DNA from: an uncultured Candidatus Saccharibacteria bacterium
GTDB lineage: Bacteria > Patescibacteriota > Minisyncoccia > Phycocordibacterales > CAIRYW01
NCBI GenBank assembly: GCA_964540495.1
Contig: CAZIMQ010000001.1
Coordinates: 1-25,157 of the forward strand
DNA length: 25,157 nt
Reading direction: 5' to 3'
Within the stretch, counting starts at the first letter, position 1; each line of letters opens with the position of its first letter. Positions 9,501-15,585 of the stretch are shown one piece after another. The position numbers were made by a program, and so were the translations under genes. The notes under the pieces are model-generated. The model did no database searches. It saw only the letters and a list, made by a program, of their open reading frames with translations, and was not told the DNA's origin.

Positions 9501-9516
9501 TTTTTCTTTTTTCCAT
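3535..9516 (-). CDS. RHS/YD-repeat polymorphic toxin with N-terminal signal peptide, SpvB-like domain, FG-GAP/VCBS repeats (fused TcB-TcC-like shell) and a 184-aa C-terminal toxin domain
   Basis: Signal peptide (KKLAFLVLVFSFILAPFEPVLA) and an E/T/P/A-rich linker. SpvB-like GSLKFEVQITVPPGRNGMEPNLSLQYSS. Six D/E-x-N-x-D-G-x-x-D repeats. DRKFAGFGQV motif and many YxYDxxGR repeats. RHS core HTDHLGS...YIGEEFDDSTGLNYLNARYY...YSYARNNPMKYSDKDG (4090-4101). Confidence 0.93.
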   Translation of the reverse strand: MEKRKTRLESLSVNSYFFNISKKLAFLVLVFSFILAPFEPVLAAPTAEEPVSAPAETTTTAETPAPESAPAITEQTTTSPETPVEAVVTPEPETATEEVQTMEAAVEDETEAVDHYRNNFETNKFAQVEESDGSLKFEVQITVPPGRNGMEPNLSLQYSSKNVTEASIIASGWSLNIPYIERVNKKGLNSMFTDDYFSSSLSGELSSTTNNTTFSAKVEDGSFIKYTYLNGSWTAVDKKGTVYKFGTTPESIQKDPNNSAKKVRWFLTEIRDTNNNFVRFEYFDSNLNFGQLYPKKVFYTGNGTTDGIFEVEFVYQDNLNYYAKSNLGFPVETKLQMHQILVKKENTLLRKYQFEFALPLYRKVSLLKKIIETGIDENSVATTLPPYEFNYQDSDTPGWQNVSTEWELPVSFYDAGGATSGAIFAEVNGDGLPDIIQSYLYSGRPTVSSVYLHNGTGWTLETSSNWDLPTGPYFYEQGDNRGYRVVDVNGDGLDDIIRSYDTVRKAYINNGNTWIDAPTWYPPVMFNLSDGKDNGVRIADINNDGLVDLIHANNKGTNSVYANTGAGWSYVFWGLPDLNFVDVSNKDNGFLEVDVNADGLTDFIRMFRISSQIKQEQFINSGNGNYEFIEGFTGISDTEAFLVSRKDNGFRMADVNGDGQTDFLKFLARDGLSHRSSYIDLGNSWQDLDTTWLNPLPFTEGQNWSDKGTRLVDFNGDGMIDVIRKDILGEVEAYTNKSKKVDLLSSITYPTGGKTSVEYKTSQQYKDTNGALLNPKVPFTIFTVSKIKHEEGGNSSESNYVYKDGSFYTGNGNIFDRKFAGFGQVVKTDPAGNVTKTYFHQGDTTATALGEFDDHISKAGKVYRTEEYDSSGNLFRLSVNKWDKASLGTDRNFVKLVRETTLQYDGNSTHADTSKEYVYDNTNGNLTQKIDNGLVVANTDGSFTDTGTDKSIENISYVNNTTNGVVGLPYVNTVSDQNLSRVRDTKIYYDNLAYGLVGAGNPTKIENWVTGSTYINSQKSYNPNGTVATETDPRGYVTSYIYDAHNLYPSTVTRPLNQITSYTYDYSSGQPKQITDANNFVYQNIYDGLGRLLEEKIPNELSPYLPVTKTKYFYTDTSGAVAIKKTDYLNKDLFVDTYQYFDGFGRLIQERKSRESLSSANFAVKDIVYNNRGLVEKETVAYGGANGGKTNPSSNNLLYTSYTYDTLGRPLTVANTLGTTNYTYDDLKTEVTDAKGKVKRFFKDVRGNLSKVEEVNSGATYTTNYVWNLNGKLTKITDALGNVRNFTYDGLGRRKTAEDLHATADTTFGVWQFSYDNTNNLTQTISPNNHTVNYTYNELNQILTEDYTGGVGTEITHVQNTCTNGKGKLCNVIVAGTGNIGYTYGPNNQPLSEIKYLGALTYTTSLTYDRQGNTTKIVYPDNSEVYYTYNGAGLLEKIERKETGGTVQTVVSNFNYTSFGALETKNFVNFVNTTFSYDANKMYRLSRIFTQNNVPANLQDLNYTYDPVGNITKIIDSSMVSTAKTVDYVYDDLHRLTSANATNAINGQNYYQGFSYNSIGNILSNPLGAFTYAGTNYANPHAATSIAGVPYTYDNNGNLLTNGTLTNTWNYKNQLTSVVKGGVTSTYKYDHEGNRVTETVGTTTTTFPNKFYNVTNSGKKTKNIYAGNELVATIETVATTTTPYYIHTDHLGSSNIVTGSAGTKVETLDYFPFGDVRLNEKVGSFDSSRKYIGEEFDDSTGLNYLNARYYNSKTGGFLSQDSVFLSVGNEREIESKTGLKFGDYLADPQAMNSYSYARNNPMKYSDKDGQFMQAVNRPVKIGNVTIGAHSFIEIRDNPNINNGQRTTLGGYTKNFIWGDLFKDENYDTDYNLSENDYLSTHELKAPDGMSQQEFEQKVYDGYNAIDNNLGAYSPFGGDLPNRQGNSGNVFTQILLNAGFTKEQISELKTKNFYDAGVGRGVPKNKVESLPTKINNLKSSIKYAGESIKKKISK

Positions 9517-9556
9517 AAAATCTGGGGTTTTGCCCCTTTACGGTAGTAATGAAAAA

Positions 9557-9584
9557 AGTCTATAGTCTTTCGAGAAAAAGTCAA
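9557..9584 (-). promoter_or_regulatory. Candidate sigma70 promoter of rhs
   Basis: TTGACT-16 nt-TAGACT on the minus strand, 40 nt upstream of the rhs ATG. The 5' UTR contains a small GGGG-CAAAA-CCCC hairpin (9524-9536). Confidence 0.45.
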
Positions 9585-9623
9585 TGTTTATTAAAGTATT
9601 TCATTAGTATAATGATTAAAATA

Positions 9624-10214
9624 ATGAATAATCCGCAAAATAGAAAAATAATACTAGCCTCGACTTCCCCACGAAGGAAAGAGATATTTGCAAAACTTCG
9701 AATTCCTTTTGAGGTGAGGTCTTCTGATTATGAAGAGGATATGTCTTTACCAATGTCTCCAACTGATCTTGCGAAATATCTTTCTTTAGGAAAAGCGGAG
9801 TCTGTGGCTTTGGAAAATCCTGATTCGATAATTATCGCAGCCGACACTTTTGTAGTTTTTGAGGGTAAGTTTCTTGGAAAGCCAAAATCCAAAGAAGATG
9901 CATTTGAGATGCTTAAAAAGCTCTGCGGAAAAGAAAATGATGTTGTGACAGGAGTTACTATTATAGATACAAAGACAAAACAAATGGTGTCTTTTCATGA
10001 AGTAGCTAAAGTTTTTATGAAAGAATATTCTGAAGAGAAAATTAAAAACTATATCGATACAGGAGAGCCTATGGACAAAGCTGGAGCTTACGCACTTCAA
10101 GAGCTGGGAGCTCTTTTGGTAGATAGAATAGAAGGAGATTTTTTTAATGTAATGGGGCTTCCCCTTCGGCGCCTTGCTGAAGAATTAGAAAATTTCGGAG
10201 TAAAAGTTTTGTAA
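9624..10214 (+). CDS. maf: Maf-family nucleoside triphosphate pyrophosphatase, YhdE type (dTTP/UTP)
   Basis: IILASTSPRRKE, IIAADTFV, LGKP and DKAGAYALQ motifs, with YhdE-type R/T/Q signature residues. The ORF track starts at 9549. A start at 9624 is more likely because TATAAT sits at 9608-9613 and the family begins near KIILAS. Confidence 0.93.
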   Translation: MNNPQNRKIILASTSPRRKEIFAKLRIPFEVRSSDYEEDMSLPMSPTDLAKYLSLGKAESVALENPDSIIIAADTFVVFEGKFLGKPKSKEDAFEMLKKLCGKENDVVTGVTIIDTKTKQMVSFHEVAKVFMKEYSEEKIKNYIDTGEPMDKAGAYALQELGALLVDRIEGDFFNVMGLPLRRLAEELENFGVKVL

Positions 10215-10216
10215 TT

Positions 10217-10789
10217 TTATATTTCTAAATAAAACTCTTCCTCAAATTTGTAGGTTTTTTGATTATCTTTAATAAACTTTCGAATGAGTGCTGGGGAATT
10301 TTCAATTTTGCCGTCCGTTTTTACAAAGGCTTCAATCAGTTTTAATCGAAAGGAGTGAGAGAAAATGATAATATTTTTGTTGGGATATTTTCCTACTATT
10401 TTCAGTAAATGACGAATTTCTCTAAAGATTTTTTTTCTTGAATCGAGAAGGTTGTCATTTATAAAAAAAGTTTTAAATTTTTTTCTTACAATTGTGCTTT
10501 TGTCTTTTTTCCACTTTTTAAAATCACACATTTTTTCTAAATCAAATCTGATTTCTTTGAGCTCTGGTAGTATTAGTAAATTTAAGTTTTCTTTATTTTT
10601 TATGCTTTGCACTGCTCTGGGCAAAGGAGAGGAAAAAATAATACTGTTTGTATCAAAGATAATTGAATCTGGTTTTTGGGTGGGAGGATTCACCTTCCCT
10701 AAACAAAGCTTTTGTAAATATGAAAAAGTATCTAAATCATCTTTTAGATAAGTGTTGTACTTTGCAATTTTTTTACATTTTATTTTCAT
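10217..10789 (-). CDS. Histidine-phosphatase-superfamily fold protein lacking the RHG catalytic motif
   Basis: Retains IFSSPLPRAVQS, LxEIxF (ELKEIRF) and NIIIFSHS, but the N-terminus reads MKIKCKKIAKY with no RHG. Confidence 0.6.
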   Translation of the reverse strand: MKIKCKKIAKYNTYLKDDLDTFSYLQKLCLGKVNPPTQKPDSIIFDTNSIIFSSPLPRAVQSIKNKENLNLLILPELKEIRFDLEKMCDFKKWKKDKSTIVRKKFKTFFINDNLLDSRKKIFREIRHLLKIVGKYPNKNIIIFSHSFRLKLIEAFVKTDGKIENSPALIRKFIKDNQKTYKFEEEFYLEI

Positions 10790-10799
10790 TTTAAAAATT

Positions 10800-10835
10800 G
10801 AATTTACCTTGGCAATTATATGCCAAGGTAAATTC
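10800..10835. promoter_or_regulatory. Perfect 15-bp inverted repeat (terminator or operator) with a TATAAT in the loop
   Basis: gaatttaccttggca-attata-tgccaaggtaaattc. On the minus strand the loop reads TATAAT, with TTTACT 16 nt upstream. It ends 10 nt before the ATG at 10789. Confidence 0.7.
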
Positions 10836-11638
10836 TAGTAAACCGAAACCTCATTGTGAACTAAAGCAGTTCCTGTGGTTTTATAGTATCTCAGGTTCAC
10901 GGTTGTATGGTTTACGACCAAAGCATTTGAGCGTGTTGCAATGGTTCCCATTGCTAAGTATTGGGAAGCTGTCCTTGTAGCTCGCTCTACTCGTAGTCCT
11001 GCAGACATTTGAGGATTAATTTTGTCGTACATTGCTTTTCGCATGATTGCTTCACACTCCAATTTACTAAGTGCCTGAGCCTCCTTTAGTTTTTCACTAA
11101 AAAGATGTTCCAAGGCTGTAATTTCTGGTGCAAAGGTAGTCATTTTGCTTGCTCGCCATCCCCTTGCTTCAAATTGCTCTCTCATTGTTTGAAGAGAAGA
11201 GGTAATAAGATGGTCAAATTCTTCTTTTGTTTTTCTAATTGCTTGGCGAATCAAGACATCTTCGGATTCTTGATCTGCAATTAAAAATTCAACTGAAAGA
11301 GGAAGAATTTTTTCAAGTCTTCTTACAAACATTGCGTGTTTTAAAGCAAGAAGAGAAATCCCCCCATTTAACCCTCTGAAGTCATACTTTCCATCTTCAT
11401 GAGTATAGTCCGGACATACCGGTACTATAGTTAGTGGAACTTTTTGATGAAGAAGAATTTGTGCAACACAAATTAAAATTTGTCGCGAGTGCGTGGCCTC
11501 TCCAGATATAGAAGCAATTTCTTTTAGCATTGAAATTACTTCTGAAGAACCGCGTACACATGCAGTTTTTCTTTCTTCATCAGAAGCAAACTTTCCTATA
11601 CGCTTCCAATCAATACTTAGTATATCTTTAGTGTTCAT
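10835..11638 (-). CDS. Orphan 267-aa alpha/beta protein under T-box control; putative class Ic aaRS-like / CDPS-like aminoacyl-tRNA-related enzyme
   Basis: The ORF is clear and the function is inferred. Motifs: IVPVCPDY, EFLIADQE, QFEARGWRA, RTASQYLAMG, LVVNHTTVN, ALVHNEV. It lies 43 nt downstream of a T-box terminator. Confidence 0.6.
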   Translation of the reverse strand: MNTKDILSIDWKRIGKFASDEERKTACVRGSSEVISMLKEIASISGEATHSRQILICVAQILLHQKVPLTIVPVCPDYTHEDGKYDFRGLNGGISLLALKHAMFVRRLEKILPLSVEFLIADQESEDVLIRQAIRKTKEEFDHLITSSLQTMREQFEARGWRASKMTTFAPEITALEHLFSEKLKEAQALSKLECEAIMRKAMYDKINPQMSAGLRVERATRTASQYLAMGTIATRSNALVVNHTTVNLRYYKTTGTALVHNEVSVY

Positions 11639-11681
11639 TGTGTAGTTTTTGGTTTATGGTTTTAAAGAACAGATTTAAGAC

Positions 11682-11967
11682 AAAAGAAAAAACTCCTTGT
11701 CTCTTCATGCGAAAAATCGCAAAAAGGGACGAGAAGTCTTTTGTTACTCGTGGTGCCACCCTAATTTAAAAACTAGTATTTACCTAGTTTTTCTCACCAG
11801 CTTTATGCATTTTGCCAACACTGGTTTTCTCTATAACGGGAGAACCCGGATTTCCACGAGGACTTTTGTCTTTGCAGAAACCATCTTTTGTGTTTTAGAC
11901 AATACTCAAGGCCCAATCTCACAGAACTTTTTGCTCGTGAGACCTTGAAAGATGTTATTTCGATCTA
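11682..11967 (-). ncRNA. T-box riboswitch leader (transcription-attenuation type)
   Basis: T-box sequence AAAUUAGGG-UGGCACC-ACGAG (11747-11767) pairs with CUCGUCCCU (11725-11733) as the antiterminator. An overlapping terminator (11692-11737) has a U-tract (11682-11691). Stem III is aaaaactag/ctagttttt (11768-11792). The stem IIA/B pseudoknot is CGGG-UUCU-CCCG-UUA-UAG-AGAA (11827-11848). Confidence 0.92.
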
Positions 11968-11973
11968 TAGGTA

Positions 11974-12002
11974 ATCATACATTGATTCACAACAAAAATC
12001 AA
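11974..12002 (-). promoter_or_regulatory. sigma70 promoter driving the T-box leader
   Basis: TTGATT (11997-12002)-17 nt-TATGAT (11974-11979), positioned immediately 5' of the structured leader. Confidence 0.75.
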
Positions 12003-12020
12003 TAGAAGGTTTTTTGTATT

Positions 12021-12050
12021 GAAGCTAAAAGCTTTAAAGCTCTAAGCTAA
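12021..12050. repeat. Intergenic AAGCT mini-tandem repeat (period 7-8, four copies)
   Basis: gaagctaaaagctttaaagctctaagctaa, directly after the dnaJ stop. Confidence 0.7.
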
Positions 12051-13136
12051 CTACACTCCCTCCCCTCTTAATTCTTCAATTAGTTTTTTTGCATGTTTTG
12101 ATAGTTTTCCTGGAAGTTCAATTTGAATTCGCAGATACATGTCGCCTCTTCGTCCGCTTCCCATAGGCACTCCTTTTCCTTTGATGCGCAACACTTCACC
12201 AAATTTTACTCTTTCTGGAATTGTAACAGTAAGTGGGCCGTCTAGAGTTTCTATTTTGTAGTCTGCACCCAAAAGAGCGTCGGAAAGTTTTACTTGTAGG
12301 TCCATTATCAAACTACTTCCTTCTTTTCGAATTGTCTTATGAGGTTTTACATGAATTTTGATATACAAATCCCCTGCTACTCCACCCGCGATCGCTTCAC
12401 CTTTTCCTGTCATTCGGATCATTTCACCGTTTTCAATTCCAGATGGAATTTCAAGTTTGATGTCTTCTTGTTTTCCTTTCACCCCGACACCTTTACACTC
12501 TGTGCATTTTTGTTTTGGCACAGCTCCTACACCAAAGCACTCGTCGCAAGTTTTTGTTGCGGCGATTTGTCCAAAGATAGATCTTTTCATTTCTCGAATT
12601 GAGCCCTTACCGTTGCAGTTTTTACAACTTACCATGTCTGAACCTGGCTCAGCTCGGTTTCCTTTACATCTTTCACATGTACTAGTTTTGTTTAGAAGTA
12701 CATGTTTTGTAACTCCAAAGATTGATTCTTTAAAATCGATTTCTGCGTCTATTGAAATGTCACGACCTCTTTTTTGTTTTGGAGCTCTTCCTCCTCCACC
12801 AAAGAAATCTCCAAAAATGTCTCCTAGATCTTCAAAATTAAATTCAAACCCACCTTGTTGTCCACCAAAGCCTTGTGAAAATTGACTAAAGTCAAAACCT
12901 TCAAAACCTCCTGCCCCACCGTTTCCTCCAAAAGTTTTTCCGTAAGAATCGTATTCTGCTCTTTTTTTCTCATCAGAAAGCACACTGTAGGCTTCACTTG
13001 CCTCTTTGAATTTTTCAGCATTTCCAGAACCTTTGTCTGGGTGGTGTGTGTGGGCGATTTTTCGAAATGCTTTTTTGATTTCATCTGCACTGGCGCCTTT
13101 TGAGACGCCAAGGATTGAGTAGTAGTCTTTTTTCAT
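12051..13136 (-). CDS. dnaJ: Chaperone DnaJ
   Basis: J-domain with HPD, G/F-rich region, four CxxCxGxG-type zinc motifs and a C-terminal GDLY domain. Confidence 0.98.
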   Translation of the reverse strand: MKKDYYSILGVSKGASADEIKKAFRKIAHTHHPDKGSGNAEKFKEASEAYSVLSDEKKRAEYDSYGKTFGGNGGAGGFEGFDFSQFSQGFGGQQGGFEFNFEDLGDIFGDFFGGGGRAPKQKRGRDISIDAEIDFKESIFGVTKHVLLNKTSTCERCKGNRAEPGSDMVSCKNCNGKGSIREMKRSIFGQIAATKTCDECFGVGAVPKQKCTECKGVGVKGKQEDIKLEIPSGIENGEMIRMTGKGEAIAGGVAGDLYIKIHVKPHKTIRKEGSSLIMDLQVKLSDALLGADYKIETLDGPLTVTIPERVKFGEVLRIKGKGVPMGSGRRGDMYLRIQIELPGKLSKHAKKLIEELRGEGV

Positions 13137-13145
13137 AGTTTTTGA

Positions 13146-13173
13146 GTTAAAGGTTAAAAGTCAAAAGTTAAAT
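13146..13173. repeat. Intergenic heptamer tandem repeat
   Basis: gttaaag-gttaaaa-gtcaaaa-gttaaat, four units with exact period 7. Confidence 0.7.
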
Positions 13174-13228
13174 CTTGCACAAGAAGGACTAGCTCATTAT
13201 CTAGTCCTTCTTGTTATTTCGCAAGATT
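13171..13228. terminator. Long stem-loop between dnaK and dnaJ (terminator or processing/stability element)
   Basis: Perfect 14-bp stem acaagaaggactag/ctagtccttcttgt (13179-13214) with an 8-nt loop, extended by aatcttgc/gcaagatt across a 6-nt bulge. The U-tract on the sense strand is weak. Confidence 0.7.
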
Positions 13229-15149
13229 ATTCCTTCACTTCTGCATCTCGAGCACTGTCAGTTGGTGGAGTGTCTTTATTTTCACCTTCTGTTTTTGGTG
13301 CTTCCTCTGTAGGTGGAGTCTGGGTTCCTTCTTGTCCTGTCGCTTGTCCTGCTTTAGCAAGGATTTCTCCAATCTTTGAAAGCTCGGTTGAAAGCTCGTC
13401 TAGAGCTTTTTTGATTGCGTCTGCGTCTGTTCCATCTTTTACTGCTTTTAGAGCGTCAATTTTTTCTTGAATACTTTTTTTTACATCTTCCGGAATTTTT
13501 TCAGCGTACTCTTTTAGAGATTTTTCCGCAGTGTAGATAGATTGCTCAGATGTATTTTTGATTTCAACAAGAGCTTTTTTCTTCTCGTCTTCTGTTGCGT
13601 TGATTTCAGCGTCTTTTTTCATTTTCTCAATATCTGCGTCTGTAAGACCTGAACTTGCTTCGATTCTAATTGATTGTTCTTTTCCTGTAGATTTGTCTTT
13701 TGCTTTTACAGAAAGAATTCCGTTTGCGTCTACGTCGAAAGTTACTTCAACTTGAGGAATACCTCGAGGTGCTGGTGGAATTCCGTCTAAGATAAATCTT
13801 CCTAGAGATTTGTTGTCGGAAGCCATCGCTCGTTCTCCTTGAACAATGTGAATTTCTACAGAAGTTTGGTTGTCTGAAGCTGTAGAGAAAACTTGAGATT
13901 TACTTGTTGGGATCGTTGTATTTTTGTCGATTAGTTTTGTGGCAATACTTCCCATAGTTTCAATTCCAAGAGATAGAGGAATCACATCTAGAAGAAGTAC
14001 GTCTTTTACGTCTCCTGCTAGAATTCCTCCTTGGATCGCAGCACCAAGTGCCACTACTTCGTCTGGGTTTACTCCCATGTGTAGTTCTTTACCAAAGAAA
14101 TCTTTCACAGCTTTTTGAAGAGCTGGCATTCTTGTTTGTCCTCCAACCAAAATCACTTCATTTATTTGTTCTTTTTTGAAAGGAGATGCTTCAAGAGCTC
14201 GCTTTGTGATTTGCATAGCTCGCTCGATAAACTCACTTGCTAGTTCTTCAAGTTTTGCTCGTGTCATTGTAAGCAAAAGGTGTCGTGGACCAGAAGCATC
14301 TGAAGTGATAAACGGAATGTTTACTTCAGTTTGAGAAGCTGTAGAAAGTTCAATCTTTGCTTTTTCAGCTGCTTCATCAAGTCTTTGAAGTGCTAGAGCG
14401 TCACTGCGAAGATCGATTCCTGATTCTTTTTTGAATTCGTCAGCAAGGAAGTTGATGATCTTTTGATCGATGTCTTTTCCTCCAAGGTGAGCGTCTCCGT
14501 CTGTAGATTTTACTTCTACCACGTCGTCTCCTACTTCAAGAATTGAGATGTCGAAAGTTCCTCCTCCGAAGTCGAACACTGCAATTTTTTCGTCTTTCTT
14601 TTTGTTGAATCCGTAAGCAAGAGCGGCTGCTGTAGGTTCATTGATAATTCTTTTTACATCAAGACCTGCAATTTTTCCCGCGTCTTTTGTTGCTTGTCTT
14701 TGTGCGTCGTTAAAGTATGCAGGTACTGTGATCACAGCTTCTGTGATTGTTTCGCCGATTCGTGCTTCAGCATCAGCTTTTAATTTTTGAAGAATCATCG
14801 CAGAAATTTCTTCTGGTCGGTACCACTTTTCTGCCATCTTTACTTCGATCCCTCCGTTTTCTGCTTTTCGCATTTCGTAAGGCACAGAAGCTTTGTCTTT
14901 TTGCACAAGCGGTTCATCGAAGTTGTGACCGATGAATCTTTTGATTTGGTAAATTGTGTTCTTAGGGTTTGTAACTCCTTGTCTTTTTGCTAAAAGACCC
15001 GCAAGTTTTTCTGCAGTTTTACTTTCAGCAACAATAGAAGGTGTAGTGCGTGCACCCTCAGCATTTTCGAGAATTTTTGGACTCCCTGCCTCCATTACAG
15101 CGACAGCAGAGTTTGTAGTTCCTAGATCGATTCCAATTATTTTAGCCAT
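13227..15149 (-). CDS. dnaK: Chaperone DnaK (Hsp70)
   Basis: [33 protein letters not shown] and NPDEVVA motifs. Confidence 0.99.
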   Translation of the reverse strand: MAKIIGIDLGTTNSAVAVMEAGSPKILENAEGARTTPSIVAESKTAEKLAGLLAKRQGVTNPKNTIYQIKRFIGHNFDEPLVQKDKASVPYEMRKAENGGIEVKMAEKWYRPEEISAMILQKLKADAEARIGETITEAVITVPAYFNDAQRQATKDAGKIAGLDVKRIINEPTAAALAYGFNKKKDEKIAVFDFGGGTFDISILEVGDDVVEVKSTDGDAHLGGKDIDQKIINFLADEFKKESGIDLRSDALALQRLDEAAEKAKIELSTASQTEVNIPFITSDASGPRHLLLTMTRAKLEELASEFIERAMQITKRALEASPFKKEQINEVILVGGQTRMPALQKAVKDFFGKELHMGVNPDEVVALGAAIQGGILAGDVKDVLLLDVIPLSLGIETMGSIATKLIDKNTTIPTSKSQVFSTASDNQTSVEIHIVQGERAMASDNKSLGRFILDGIPPAPRGIPQVEVTFDVDANGILSVKAKDKSTGKEQSIRIEASSGLTDADIEKMKKDAEINATEDEKKKALVEIKNTSEQSIYTAEKSLKEYAEKIPEDVKKSIQEKIDALKAVKDGTDADAIKKALDELSTELSKIGEILAKAGQATGQEGTQTPPTEEAPKTEGENKDTPPTDSARDAEVKE

Positions 15150-15228
15150 ATTTTTTTAAAAAATTAAACAATAATCAATTTTCAATAAAACAAACAAAAA
15201 CACCAAAAATCAACTAACCAACTTTGAA

Positions 15229-15249
15229 AATTGGTAATTGATAATTGGA
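15229..15249. repeat. Intergenic heptamer tandem repeat
   Basis: aattggt-aattgat-aattgga, three units of period 7. Confidence 0.6.
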
Positions 15250-15549
15250 TTATTTACTTAAGGCCGGTGCTCTAGGTTTAGAACCGTTTATGAAAATAAG
15301 AGAAGAATAAGGAGAAGCTACAGAGTCTCGGAAGAAAACTCCTAGAGCTTCACCGTAGACTTTTTGCTGTTCTTCTTTTGGTATGTAGTTTACTTGTTTG
15401 ATTTCCTCAACTTTTCCAAGAGTGATTACTTTTACAACCTCAACTTTTCTTTGACCAAATTCTGTAGAGATCGCAAAAAACACTCGAAAAGCAATTCCGT
15501 TTTGTTCTACAATTTGCTCAACGATTTGTTTTCTGGAGGTTGTTAACAT
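15250..15549 (-). CDS. Hypothetical 99-aa protein directly upstream of dnaK; probably leaderless; C-terminal KPRAPA motif
   Basis: Co-oriented ORF filling the gap. An extended -10 lies 6 nt upstream of its ATG. Confidence 0.7.
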   Translation of the reverse strand: MLTTSRKQIVEQIVEQNGIAFRVFFAISTEFGQRKVEVVKVITLGKVEEIKQVNYIPKEEQQKVYGEALGVFFRDSVASPYSSLIFINGSKPRAPALSK

Positions 15550-15555
15550 GGAAGT

Positions 15556-15564
15556 ATTATAACA
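15556..15564 (-). promoter_or_regulatory. Extended -10 promoter (TGn-TATAAT) giving a leaderless transcript for the 99-aa ORF and dnaK-dnaJ
   Basis: The minus strand reads ATGTTATAAT-acttcc-ATG. The 6-nt gap puts the start site at the A of the ATG (15549). Confidence 0.7.
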
Positions 15565-15585
15565 TAAAAAAATATCAAGTAAAAT

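Noticed and set aside
9524-9536. c-di-GMP-I (GEMM) riboswitch suggested by GGCAAAACC in the rhs 5' UTR
   Set aside because: There is only one small hairpin in a UTR of about 35 nt, with no second stem or tetraloop receptor.
9549-9623. Longer N-terminus of Maf as given by the ORF track
   Set aside because: The extension overlaps the divergent promoter region and a TATAAT at 9608-9613. Family similarity begins only after the ATG at 9624.
10809-10825. sigma54 -24/-12 site (TGGCA...TTGC) inside the palindrome
   Set aside because: The GG-to-GC spacing is 9 nt rather than the required 10.
11697-11948. 83-aa plus-strand ORF
   Set aside because: It is antisense to the T-box leader, and the sequence is fully explained by RNA structure.
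3535-15149. Alternative genetic code (UGA=Gly, code 25, as in Gracilibacteria/Absconditabacteria)
   Set aside because: Gly-rich long genes (1993-aa RHS, DnaK, DnaJ) are uninterrupted under code 11, with no in-frame TGA.
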